Below are positions 48,615-57,578 of a stretch of DNA of 64,000 bases, piece after piece. The position numbers and the translations under genes are program-made. Under the pieces are notes generated by a model. That model saw only the letters and a list, made by a program, of their open reading frames with translations. It did no database searches and had not been told where the DNA came from. Position 1 is the first letter of the stretch; each line of letters begins with the position of its first letter. Source of the DNA: Patescibacteria group bacterium (lineage in GTDB: Bacteria; Patescibacteriota; Patescibacteriia; JAHJFT01); assembly GCA_028710985.1 (NCBI GenBank), contig JAQTTB010000002.1, positions 86,750 through 150,749 of the forward strand, read 5' to 3'.

Positions 48615-48959
48615 TGTCAATGACAGGGCGCTCCTCGTCGTGTCGCTCCGGTGGGGCACGGGAATGCTTCGCTTCCGCCCTTCACCAATCCCCCGAGGGC
48701 TCGGGCGGATGAAGTGAAACGGAACATTAATGTCTTCTTTCGCCTTCCCCTAACTAGCTCACCGTTTGAACGGTCGAGCAAAGCACAGGGATAGTGTTCG
48801 ACGAACCTACCCTAAAGAGGTGCGGGCGTCCGGACATGAAAAGCGAGAGCTGACGTTCAAGCGTTCCCGTGTTCCCACCGTGTTAAAATGATCTCTCCCT
48901 GGTCTCCCCAGAGACTGGAAAAACAGTGAATGACGATACCGGCTTGGGAGTGCCCGTAC

Positions 48960-49104
48960 TCGCGCATGTGGCTTGCAGCCCAGTCGCGATCTCTCAGTCT
49001 CCTACTGAGTGCGCGGGCGCTTAGTGTATCGGCTTAACCATCAGGCTTTCTTCGCGCATGTGGCTTGCAGCCCAGTCGCGATCTCTCAGTCCTACTGAGT
49101 GCGC
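48960..49104 (+). repeat. direct repeat, 55 nt and 53 nt
   Basis: 48960-49014 and 49052-49104 identical except for a 2-nt loop indel. Confidence 0.95.
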
Positions 49105-49150
49105 CTGATCCGATACGCCTAACTCATATCACTTCGTCTTTCGCTCTTAT

Positions 49151-49175
49151 GACCACCCCTTGGTGGTCCTTTTTT
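49151..49175 (+). terminator. intrinsic terminator
   Basis: gaccacc-cctt-ggtggtc + T6. Confidence 0.8.
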
Positions 49176-49228
49176 ATATTAAAATATCAAAAATAAAACC
49201 GGCCTTTGAGCAAGGACCGGCGAGAAAT

Positions 49229-49339
49229 CTATCGCGACCGCCATTCAATGAGCTTAAAGACGACCAGGTGCGCCAAAGGAGCTGAAAGGACTACGATCAC
49301 CACCTGCTGCCATTCGGAAATCTGAAGATACGCCTCCAT
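49229..49339 (-). CDS. 36-aa hydrophobic peptide (not in ORF track)
   Basis: SD AAGGAGGT + ATG; MEAYLQISEWQQVVIVVLSAPLAHLVVFKLIEWRSR*. Confidence 0.55.
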   Translation of the reverse strand: MEAYLQISEWQQVVIVVLSAPLAHLVVFKLIEWRSR

Positions 49340-49390
49340 GCTACCTCCTTGCGTTACTTGCTGCAATGATAAGGCCGGTGAGAAAAAGCG

Positions 49391-49603
49391 CTATGTAGGT
49401 ATCTCGTCCGGCGGCTGGTATTTGAAGGCCGTACCTGCCTTTTCGCATCTCGCGGCCTCCTCCCAAATCGCGTCGAAGTTCATGGGAATATCCCTTAATT
49501 TCTCAGTTGTACCGACCGGACTCCCATCGTATTCGACGACGAGTCCATTCTCCTCGGCGAACTTCGCCAAATCAAGGTTGTTTCGTTTTATCTTATCTCC
49601 CAC
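49391..49603 (-). CDS. small hypothetical protein
   Basis: SD AAGGAG before GTG start. Confidence 0.5.
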   Translation of the reverse strand: MGDKIKRNNLDLAKFAEENGLVVEYDGSPVGTTEKLRDIPMNFDAIWEEAARCEKAGTAFKYQPPDEIPT

Positions 49604-49774
49604 GTGGCATCTCCTTTTCTTGATTAAAAGACCTAAATTAATATTATCATAATGTATAAAAAAATAAAACCGGCCCCAAGATGAGACCGGCAGTCAACAT
49701 TAAATAATTAATATCAACTCTATTTGACTCCCTGCCATATCGGAATGTATAATTTTCACAAAGGAGGATGCGCA

Positions 49775-50113
49775 ATGACAGAAGAACTTTTAACAATCGC
49801 CGCTATTTATGTTTCCTTAATCTCGCTACTGCTGATGGCATGCAAAATATACCCTGGGAGAAAGCGGAAGAATTTTTATCGGCAGTTGTTTCAACCGCTT
49901 CATGCCGAATCGAGCGACCGTCAGCCGGAACCGGTTGATTACGAGGCAATTCGCCGAGAAAGGCTTGAAGCCGGCTGGCAAGAAATCGAACCTGGATATT
50001 TCATATATCCTCATATAATTGCGTTCTGTAATGATGGCACAACGATGGAGCTAGCTCTCAACCAATTACCACCAATTCGGAAATTATCCGAACGGGAGGA
50101 AAACTATGCCTAA
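49775..50113 (+). CDS. small hypothetical protein with N-terminal TM
   Basis: TTGACT..TATAAT promoter at 49724-49753, SD AGGAGG. Confidence 0.55.
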   Translation: MTEELLTIAAIYVSLISLLLMACKIYPGRKRKNFYRQLFQPLHAESSDRQPEPVDYEAIRRERLEAGWQEIEPGYFIYPHIIAFCNDGTTMELALNQLPPIRKLSEREENYA

Positions 50114-50339
50114 CCGCAAACCGCTGTCCAGGGAGGAAGCTGATAACATGACTCAACGGGGCCGCTTTTCCTGCGATCCCTACGACTCACAGCCAACCCT
50201 GGAACAGCTGGCAAAGGCAAGGGCAACCGTCTCCCTGGCGCTTCAAGGCAAACTAACGCCGGGCAAGGGCTTCATCGGCAGTCCGATCGAAGAGACAGGG
50301 CTAGCACATCTACGAAAAATGCATCGCACTTCCCGCTGA
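50106..50339 (+). CDS. small hypothetical protein
   Basis: SD GGGAGG, overlaps upstream stop, followed by terminator hairpin at ~50344-50376. Confidence 0.55.
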   Translation: MPNRKPLSREEADNMTQRGRFSCDPYDSQPTLEQLAKARATVSLALQGKLTPGKGFIGSPIEETGLAHLRKMHRTSR

Positions 50340-50435
50340 CCGCGGCCCATCTCGCTTGAGGTGGGCCCATTTTTATTTTACTCGCATTAAACAAAAAACG
50401 GGCATTACGCCCGTTTTTAAGATTGGCAATTTGAA

Positions 50436-50768
50436 TTAAAACTTGAACACATCGGCAAACTTGCCAACGATTGGCAATGGCTCTTGTTTCCCATTGACGG
50501 CATTAATAATACCGAGGATCAATAAAACCAAGGTGCCTAAGCTCAGAATCCAACTAACGGTAAACCAGAAATAAAACGGGATTATCCAGCCAATCACATT
50601 GATTAAAACTACAAGCAGAAACAATACCAAACCCTGTTTAACATGATACTTCACGAACGGATCTTTGCGAGCATCGCCGGTTAGGAGTGGAACAAAAAAT
50701 AAAATATACGCGATGGCAGCCATTGTAGTATTTTTATTTCCGCCACTCATTGGGGCATCCTGCGCCAT
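50436..50768 (-). CDS. DUF4870-like membrane protein
   Basis: AYILFFVPL...FVKYHVKQGL...GIINAVNG...LPIVG. Confidence 0.8.
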   Translation of the reverse strand: MAQDAPMSGGNKNTTMAAIAYILFFVPLLTGDARKDPFVKYHVKQGLVLFLLVVLINVIGWIIPFYFWFTVSWILSLGTLVLLILGIINAVNGKQEPLPIVGKFADVFKF

Positions 50769-50792
50769 ATAGATGAAATTAAAAAATTAAAA

Positions 50793-51479
50793 CTATTGAG
50801 CAATCTTCGTGATATTGACACTCACATCCTGCCCATCAACCTCAAAGCCAACGGAATATGAATAAGTCTCCATATCGCCAGCCATTATCATGGCAGTTTT
50901 GTCATCAATACTGCTTTGAATAATCTCCAGACCCTTGTCTTTAATTACCTCATTGAGCGCACTCAAATCAGCCCCAGTCGCCAAGCGTGAGATTTTAAAT
51001 TCCATTATGGAAAAAACTGCGCCTTCGGAATCATACACGCTCGAAGAAACGGCAGTTAATTTAACATCCCCAAAAACTTTCTCCAAATCTTTTTTGGCTT
51101 CTTCAGCCGCAGATCGTGAATTATCATCGTAAATCTCGGCTTCCTCTGCCTCGTTATACCTGTCTTTCGGCGTTTTGGCTGCCTCTCGGGCCTCTTCGGC
51201 CGCTTGCTCCGCTTCACTCTCAGCCTCTTCTTTGGCAATTTCCTGCGCTATTTGTTCGGATAAATCGCCTCCGCCAGTAATTTTGCCCAGCAATCCGCCC
51301 ATGCCCGTATTCACCCCATATATCTCTTGTAGGATTTGATTTGCCATCCTCTGTTGGCGCCAGCGATTATAACCGTAATATAAACCGCCCGCTACCACCA
51401 GCACCGCCAATACAATAATAATAACTGTAATTGTTTTTTTATTGCTCGTAGTTGTTTTTGTAGTGGTTTTAGTATCCAT
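50793..51479 (-). CDS. hypothetical membrane-anchored protein
   Basis: N-terminal TM, acidic helical region. Confidence 0.65.
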   Translation of the reverse strand: MDTKTTTKTTTSNKKTITVIIIVLAVLVVAGGLYYGYNRWRQQRMANQILQEIYGVNTGMGGLLGKITGGGDLSEQIAQEIAKEEAESEAEQAAEEAREAAKTPKDRYNEAEEAEIYDDNSRSAAEEAKKDLEKVFGDVKLTAVSSSVYDSEGAVFSIMEFKISRLATGADLSALNEVIKDKGLEIIQSSIDDKTAMIMAGDMETYSYSVGFEVDGQDVSVNITKIAQ

Positions 51480-51545
51480 AGATTTAATATTTAGTAAAAT
51501 AATAAAATTCTTTTCTCCGACCTTTATTATTCCTTCGCCGAAAAT

Positions 51546-52052
51546 TTAATATAAGTTAATCCTATCAATTAAACCATTGATAATAATTTTTAAAAGGCTT
51601 TGAAAAAAAACGGGATTCATGATGTAAACCGCGGTTAAGGATCCGATACAGATGACTACCGATAGCCACTTGGTATAAACACCGGCCGTGCGAAAAAACA
51701 AAACCACTGATAAAATCGCGGTTAAAATCGGACCAAAGATTTTAATATCACCCAGGGGCAAATAATATCCACCAATATACTTACTCTCTTCACCGAAAAA
51801 ATTAGCCAAATCAAAATTTACCCTAAAAATTATTAAAATTGCCTCCAGGACTAAAATAATCAACAGGGCAATTGCAGAATATCTGGTAGTTGCGCCCTCT
51901 TGCGTACGATAAATTTCATAAATGACAACCGGCATGAGACCGATTATGATCCACAAAGGATTGAAGTAAAAGAAAGCCATAATTGCCATCACGACGGTAA
52001 CTATGGTTAGGATCGTGCAATATAGGGGAGCATTTTTTGTAGGTTTGGCCAT
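51546..52052 (-). CDS. hypothetical membrane protein
   Basis: multi-TM ORF. Confidence 0.65.
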   Translation of the reverse strand: MAKPTKNAPLYCTILTIVTVVMAIMAFFYFNPLWIIIGLMPVVIYEIYRTQEGATTRYSAIALLIILVLEAILIIFRVNFDLANFFGEESKYIGGYYLPLGDIKIFGPILTAILSVVLFFRTAGVYTKWLSVVICIGSLTAVYIMNPVFFQSLLKIIINGLIDRINLY

Positions 52053-52158
52053 AAAATTATTATTAGTATTATAACATTTTACGCAAACCGATGCAAAATA
52101 CTAAAAGCGGCCTCTCTGGCCGCCTATTTATAAACTAAAAAATGAATTTCATATTTCT

Positions 52159-52233
52159 TGGTAGCCTCAAGGGGAATCGAACCCCTGTTCCATCCTTGAG
52201 AGGGATGTGTCCTAACCGTTAGACGATGAGGCC
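52159..52233 (-). tRNA. tRNA-Glu (CTC)
   Basis: GGCCTCA/TGAGGCT acceptor, loop CTCTCAA, GGTTCGATTCC, CCA. Confidence 0.95.
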
Positions 52234-52291
52234 GTTGATAAACCATCCTACTGCAAAATACTATTTTTTTCAATACTGCCTGACTTCTATC

Positions 52292-53590
52292 TTATTTCAG
52301 CCAGGTTTCGTCCTGACGACAAAGCAGGTCCGCGGCCCGCAAGGGTTCGGCCATAAGCTCTTTCACCACATGCTCCATGCGCATGCCCTGCGAACCCTTC
52401 ATGAGCAGCAGGTCGTTTTCATGAATTTGGTCCTGCAAAAATCTTCCGGCCTCGGGCGATGAGTTGAAATAATAAATATGGTCTTCCGGAATGCCAGCCG
52501 CGATTGCGGCCTTGGCAATATCCCTGGCGCGCTCCCCGACTGTCACCAAAAAATCAATTCCCAGATCCCCAACACGTTTTCCCACATCCGCATGCCCTTT
52601 TTCCGTAAAATTGCCGAGTTCGAGCATATCCCCGAGTACGGCCCAACGCCGGCCGGATTCGAATATCTCCAGTTCGGCAAGAGTATTGACCGCCGAGAGC
52701 GTGGCAAGCGGGGATGCGTTATAGGTGTCATCGATTAACCATGTATTCTTGATGCCCTTAACCACCCTCATGCGTCCGCGCGGGGCCTGATAATTTCTGA
52801 GCGCTTGGGCGATATCAACCATATTCATACCGAAATGAACTCCGACCGCCGCGCCAACCAGCGCCGCATACGCGTGGGCTCGTCCGAGCACGGCCGGCAG
52901 GGTTACCGGCACCGCGTTGCCTCCGTGAATAATTTTGAAATTTACGCCGGAAATTTCCTCTTCCGGGCGCGACGGATCCGGAATAAATTTATTCATCATT
53001 TCAATTGCGCGAACATCGGCGCCTTCCTCAAAGCCATAACCCATTACTTTCGCCCGGGTTTCTTCGTGGATATTCCAGACATTAATGTCGTCTCTATTCA
53101 ATATCGCAAGTTTATCCGGCCCGAGATGCGAAACTACAATCTTTTTCTCCTGAAGAACGCCTTTTATATCTTGAAAAAATTCAACATGCACCGGCGCGAT
53201 TGATGTAACCACGCCGACATCACAGGGAGCGAGATTGGTCAAATATTTTATGTCACCCGGACGATCCGCGCCCATTTCCAAAACCAATATCTGCGGATAA
53301 TTTTCATCCCGGAAAATTAAAAGTTCAAATGCTTTCCAAAAAATTCCCAGCCAGCGCAAGACTGATTTTAGCCCCGATGATTCGCCGATAATCGTGAGTG
53401 GCAAACCAATTTCATTATTATAATTCTTGATATTGCGGCGAACATTGAATTTGCTGGAGAGGACGACGAAAATCGCCTCCTTTGACGAAGTCTTGCCCAT
53501 TGAACCCGTAATGCCGATTATCTTGGGCTTATATTTATATAAAATTTGCTTTGACAAAAAGTATAATACTTTCTGAATAATCATTTTCAT
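52292..53590 (-). CDS. murF: UDP-MurNAc-tripeptide--D-Ala-D-Ala ligase MurF
   Basis: GITGSMGKTS, NYNNEIGLP, EMG, DDTYNASP, LGDMLELG, KGSQGMRME. Confidence 0.93.
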   Translation of the reverse strand: MKMIIQKVLYFLSKQILYKYKPKIIGITGSMGKTSSKEAIFVVLSSKFNVRRNIKNYNNEIGLPLTIIGESSGLKSVLRWLGIFWKAFELLIFRDENYPQILVLEMGADRPGDIKYLTNLAPCDVGVVTSIAPVHVEFFQDIKGVLQEKKIVVSHLGPDKLAILNRDDINVWNIHEETRAKVMGYGFEEGADVRAIEMMNKFIPDPSRPEEEISGVNFKIIHGGNAVPVTLPAVLGRAHAYAALVGAAVGVHFGMNMVDIAQALRNYQAPRGRMRVVKGIKNTWLIDDTYNASPLATLSAVNTLAELEIFESGRRWAVLGDMLELGNFTEKGHADVGKRVGDLGIDFLVTVGERARDIAKAAIAAGIPEDHIYYFNSSPEAGRFLQDQIHENDLLLMKGSQGMRMEHVVKELMAEPLRAADLLCRQDETWLK

Positions 53591-53613
53591 GAATTTGTCT
53601 CTAAATACTTAAA

Positions 53614-55386
53614 TTATCGTTCCGACGGTACCTCCAAGTAGTTTAACAGAAATTTGGCCATTTCGCCAAACAGAGGCGCGGCCGAACTCTCGGCCCACTG
53701 CACATCACGCGGATGATCGATTTTGACCAGCATGACAAAGGCCGGATTTTGCGCCGGCGCGAATCCGGCAAACGTACCAATCGTGATGTTTGGATCATAC
53801 CCCGGCTGACCGTCGCTTCGCGGCACCTGCGCCGTTCCGGTTTTACCGGCCACGTAATATCCGGACACGCCGGCGCGCTGGCCATGACCGTTCTCCACCA
53901 CCGATACCAGCATGCCGGAAAGCAAAGTCGCAGTTCTGGCTGAAATAACCTGCTCGACCACTTTTGGTTCGCTAATCGTCTCCGAACCGTCGGGAGACAC
54001 AATCTTATCAATTACGTAGGGTTTGACAAGCTTGCCGCCGTTCGCAATCGCGGCAAACGCGGTCGCGACCTGTAGAGGGGTCGCGGTAATCCCCTGCCCG
54101 AAAGAAGCCGTTGCCGCAAAAATATCGCCTCTCTTGTCCAGGCTGGAAATATCGCCCGCCTGTTCGGTCTCAAGTTCAATCTCCGTCATCTGTCCGAATC
54201 CAAAATTTTTCACGTACTCCTGAAATTTATCCTTGCCGATTTGCTCCATTGCATATATCGCTCCGGTATTGAGCGATAGCTCCAGGACCTGCGTCATTGT
54301 TTGAATACCGTGCGCCTGCTCATCGCTGTTTTTTATTACATGATCGCCGTATTTAATTTCTCCGGCGTCTTCATATGTTGATTTCGGCGTTACTTTATCT
54401 TGATCCAGCGCTGCCGCCATGGTAATGGCTTTAAAAACCGAGCCCGGCTCATACGAATTGAATATTGCCGAATTATTAAACGTTGTAATATCCTCTACTT
54501 CATTATATTTTCCGGAATCAAAATCCGGCGCCGAACACATGGCAAGAATTTTTCCGTCAGGCCGCATGACAATAATCGAACCGCCGTCGGCCCCGTGCTT
54601 TTCAACCGCCGCTTTAAGCCGGCTGCACGCCTGATACTGTATATTCCGGTCGATGGTAAGATAGATGTCATCACCGTCAACCGCGGGCTTGAAACTCCGA
54701 TCCGCGACCGTAATCCAGCTGCCGGTCGCATCAAGTACTGAATGTAAAAAACCCGGTTCGCCGGCCAATTCGCGATCAAAATATCCTTCAACGCCGTACT
54801 TTCCGCTTCTTTCTCCGCCCTCATCCGATCCGACGAATCCGATTAAATGCCCGCCCAATCCATTTTCCGGATAAAACCGCGTGCTTTCTTTAATAAACGC
54901 AATTCCTTGAAAATTTAAATCTTTGATTTTTTGCGCCACGTCATCAGTCAAGCCGTGCTGAATTGGCTCATACGGATCGCTCTTGTCGGAAAGGCGCGCC
55001 GCAAGCTTGGTTTTCTCCTCGTCACTAAACTGCAATATTCCCTGAAGCCCGTTCAGCACTTCTTCCGGATTATCGATATTCCGCGAATCCGCGTAAAGGA
55101 GATTCAGTTCTTCATTGGTTGCGATTATGTATTTATTTTCGCTTAATTCGTCGCCGGCATAAATCGTACCGCGTTCTGGAAAAAGATTTTTATAAATCTC
55201 ATGCTGGTCCGAAGCAAGCGCGGCATAGAATGAATGCTCGAGCGCCTGCAGAATAAAAAGCTTAGCGCCAATTACGACCGCGAGTATAATAAAAAGAATT
55301 TTCAATAATCTCAGCCGTGAGCTGAAAAGAGACGAGATATACCGCTTGTCCTGTTTTTTATAATTTGACCAACTCTGCTTGCTCAT
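53614..55386 (-). CDS. ftsI: class B penicillin-binding protein (FtsI-like)
   Basis: EPGSVFK (SxxK), SLN (SxN), GKTGTAQ; upstream of murF. Confidence 0.85.
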   Translation of the reverse strand: MSKQSWSNYKKQDKRYISSLFSSRLRLLKILFIILAVVIGAKLFILQALEHSFYAALASDQHEIYKNLFPERGTIYAGDELSENKYIIATNEELNLLYADSRNIDNPEEVLNGLQGILQFSDEEKTKLAARLSDKSDPYEPIQHGLTDDVAQKIKDLNFQGIAFIKESTRFYPENGLGGHLIGFVGSDEGGERSGKYGVEGYFDRELAGEPGFLHSVLDATGSWITVADRSFKPAVDGDDIYLTIDRNIQYQACSRLKAAVEKHGADGGSIIVMRPDGKILAMCSAPDFDSGKYNEVEDITTFNNSAIFNSYEPGSVFKAITMAAALDQDKVTPKSTYEDAGEIKYGDHVIKNSDEQAHGIQTMTQVLELSLNTGAIYAMEQIGKDKFQEYVKNFGFGQMTEIELETEQAGDISSLDKRGDIFAATASFGQGITATPLQVATAFAAIANGGKLVKPYVIDKIVSPDGSETISEPKVVEQVISARTATLLSGMLVSVVENGHGQRAGVSGYYVAGKTGTAQVPRSDGQPGYDPNITIGTFAGFAPAQNPAFVMLVKIDHPRDVQWAESSAAPLFGEMAKFLLNYLEVPSER

Positions 55387-55390
55387 AAAA

Positions 55391-56626
55391 TTAATAATCA
55401 AAAAGCATACCCTCGCCGGCCGGATTCCGTCCGTTCTTCACCTCTTCGCCGTCATCCATGCCGTCGCTGTCAGTATCCGGATTATTCGGATTCGTACCCA
55501 GGGAAAATTCAAAAGTATCATAAAGTCCGTCGCGGTCCGCGTCGCGAAAGCCCGACTCGTCAATCGCTCCTCCCCCGGCGCCGCCGCTCGTCTGAAGAAC
55601 CGTTGAGCCCTGCCCAAACGACTCTGTCCCGCCCTCGGGCAGCGACTCGGCTTCGCCGGCCTGCGGCAAGCCACCGGCGCCGCGCAGAATATCGCGCGCC
55701 GGTTTGGCATTCTCCGGAGCCTCAATTGATTGTTCGCCGTTAAAATCTGAAAGATTTAATACAATCGCGAAATTCACGTCGGTTCCGTTATCCTGCGCAT
55801 AATTCCCGCGCACAACGATCCGATAAATATTCTTATTGCTCCAGCCGATCCAGAATTCAATGTCCATGCCCCCAATTTTATTTATCCAATCTTCAATGCG
55901 CGGTAATTCGCTTGGCTTGAGACCGCGTCCGCGCGTAATTAAATTATAATTTTTTACAAACTCCAAAGCCGCGTCTTTGTCCAGTTCAACACTAAAACCG
56001 CGCACTAAATTAAATCCAAAAAAGTCATAACCTATTTTTTCTTTAAATTTAAAAAGCCGGCTGTCGATAATAAGCCGCCTTATATCTGTCACCTGCTGCG
56101 CCGCAAGATTATGATTAATCCATCCGCAGAACTGTTCAAAAAAATCCTGGTCCGTCTCAGCCGATTTGTCAAAAAACGGTTCAAGATTGATTTCCTCACT
56201 GGTCGGCGCTTTATCAATCTCAATAAACGAGCCGTCCGCGGTTACGGTTTGTGAAAAATCAATAACGTATTTATTTTTTTGGCCTTTATCATATGCCGTA
56301 ATTCTCGCGTCCGCGATATACGGCATGCCCGGCGTCGCCGTGTCAATCACTCCGAAAATATTGCCTTTAATCTTGCCCTCGGCCTGATGCACTTTTTTGG
56401 AATAACCCAGACCGCTTATCACGGTTCCGGGCTTTATCAAATTTCCAACCGCCTCAAACTGTAAATCATAATATGCGGTTTCAACCCGCGCGAACTTTTT
56501 AATCGCCACCGCGAGAAATGCCTCCGGCAAAGTAACAAAATACGCGTAAACGCCGACAATCAAAAAAACACCAATCACGAAAAATATAATCCAGAGAACG
56601 ATTTTGGTGTTTTCAAAAATTCTCAT
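55391..56626 (-). CDS. membrane-anchored protein with C-terminal Asp-rich TSP3-like Ca-binding repeats
   Basis: DADRDGLYD..E...GTNPNNPDTDSDGMDDGEEV. Confidence 0.7.
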   Translation of the reverse strand: MRIFENTKIVLWIIFFVIGVFLIVGVYAYFVTLPEAFLAVAIKKFARVETAYYDLQFEAVGNLIKPGTVISGLGYSKKVHQAEGKIKGNIFGVIDTATPGMPYIADARITAYDKGQKNKYVIDFSQTVTADGSFIEIDKAPTSEEINLEPFFDKSAETDQDFFEQFCGWINHNLAAQQVTDIRRLIIDSRLFKFKEKIGYDFFGFNLVRGFSVELDKDAALEFVKNYNLITRGRGLKPSELPRIEDWINKIGGMDIEFWIGWSNKNIYRIVVRGNYAQDNGTDVNFAIVLNLSDFNGEQSIEAPENAKPARDILRGAGGLPQAGEAESLPEGGTESFGQGSTVLQTSGGAGGGAIDESGFRDADRDGLYDTFEFSLGTNPNNPDTDSDGMDDGEEVKNGRNPAGEGMLFDY

Positions 56627-56946
56627 AGCCCCAAATTGGCGGCGTTTATTTCAACCCAGTCACTATCCTTCCAGATATAGGCTTTAAAGGTCTGGCTGTA
56701 TTCATCTTCGGAATAAATATAATCAACCGCCGCCGTATCGCCCATGCGCTTGGAATAAGTCATCTTTTTATCCAGCACAACCGGCTTGGTTGTGCGTTCT
56801 ATGCGGATGCGCCCCATCGGACCCTCAAAAACAAGCCATTCAACCCTTGAGCGCGGGATGTCCTCGAGCTCGCCGCTGTTTTCTTCCTCAACCTTAAAAC
56901 TGTCTTTCACTATGCCTTTTATTTTGTCCCATTTTTCATCATTCAT
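56623..56946 (-). CDS. conserved CPR-type hypothetical protein
   Basis: operonic ORF, 'F.GPMGRI.....KPVVLDKK..YSKR'. Confidence 0.7.
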   Translation of the reverse strand: MNDEKWDKIKGIVKDSFKVEEENSGELEDIPRSRVEWLVFEGPMGRIRIERTTKPVVLDKKMTYSKRMGDTAAVDYIYSEDEYSQTFKAYIWKDSDWVEINAANLGL

Positions 56947-56947
56947 A

Positions 56948-57466
56948 TCAGCTTAAAAATTTTACCAATGCCCGGCCGAATTTTCCGGCTGCCGACGGCC
57001 CTCGTGCCGTGATAATTTTTCCGTCAACTTCCACCAGCTCTCCGGTCCATTTCGCGCCGGCTTCCTCAAGCTCGGTTTGCCCGCCGGACCACGAAGTCGC
57101 TGACTTGGCCGAAAGTATTCCGGCGTTCGCCAGAATCAGCGGCGCCACGCAGATTGCCGCCACGATCTTACCCAGATCGTAAAAATCACGCGCCAAATCC
57201 ACAAAACTCGGTTCTTTAACATGCTCGCCCATGCCCGGTCCGCCGACAAAAATCACGGCGTCAAAATCTTCGGCCCTCACTTCATCGGCCGCGAAATCCA
57301 CATCAAGGCTCTTGCCGTTTTCGCTCGTCGCGATGCCGGAATCCAAAGAAGCAACCTGCACCACGGCACCTTCTTTTTCAAGAATCTCCCTAGGAATAAA
57401 GCACTCATCGTCTTTAAAACCCTCGGGCGCGACAACCATCAATATTTTCTTACTTCGCAACGCCAT
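56948..57466 (-). CDS. DJ-1/PfpI family protein
   Basis: F.DDE, FVGGPG, AAICVAP, TARGP. Confidence 0.92.
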   Translation of the reverse strand: MALRSKKILMVVAPEGFKDDECFIPREILEKEGAVVQVASLDSGIATSENGKSLDVDFAADEVRAEDFDAVIFVGGPGMGEHVKEPSFVDLARDFYDLGKIVAAICVAPLILANAGILSAKSATSWSGGQTELEEAGAKWTGELVEVDGKIITARGPSAAGKFGRALVKFLS

Positions 57467-57476
57467 ATTTTATTTA

Positions 57477-57578
57477 GTCAAAAGTTAAAAGTTAAAAGTC
57501 TAAAGTCAAGTCCAAAGTCTAAAAGTTATTGACTTAACGACTTTTAACTCAACTTTTAACTTTAGACTTTTGACTTTT
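57477..57578. repeat. inverted heptamer repeats (TYAAAAG / CTTTTRA)
   Basis: gtcaaaa gttaaaa gttaaaa gtctaaa ... cttttaa cttttaa ctttaga ctttttga. Confidence 0.75.

Larger units (their letters stand above)
48621..49175 (+). ncRNA. candidate large structured ncRNA, class unrecognised
   Basis: no ORF >=60 aa lies within it; promoter + terminator; 21-bp long-range stem with G-U pairs; many hairpins; duplicated module. Confidence 0.65.

Noticed and set aside
48960-49104. CRISPR array interpretation of the direct repeats
   Set aside because: Only two copies, 53-55 nt long, embedded in larger stems, and no cas genes in the window.
48621-49175. RNase P, tmRNA, SRP, 6S or DGR template repeat
   Set aside because: No GAGGAAAGTCC, no tRNA-like ends with CCA, no SRP domain IV motif, too long and branched for typical 6S, no AAC-rich tract; judged by eye only.
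49229-50339. Prophage remnant
   Set aside because: No integrase, structural or replication genes; only orphan microproteins.
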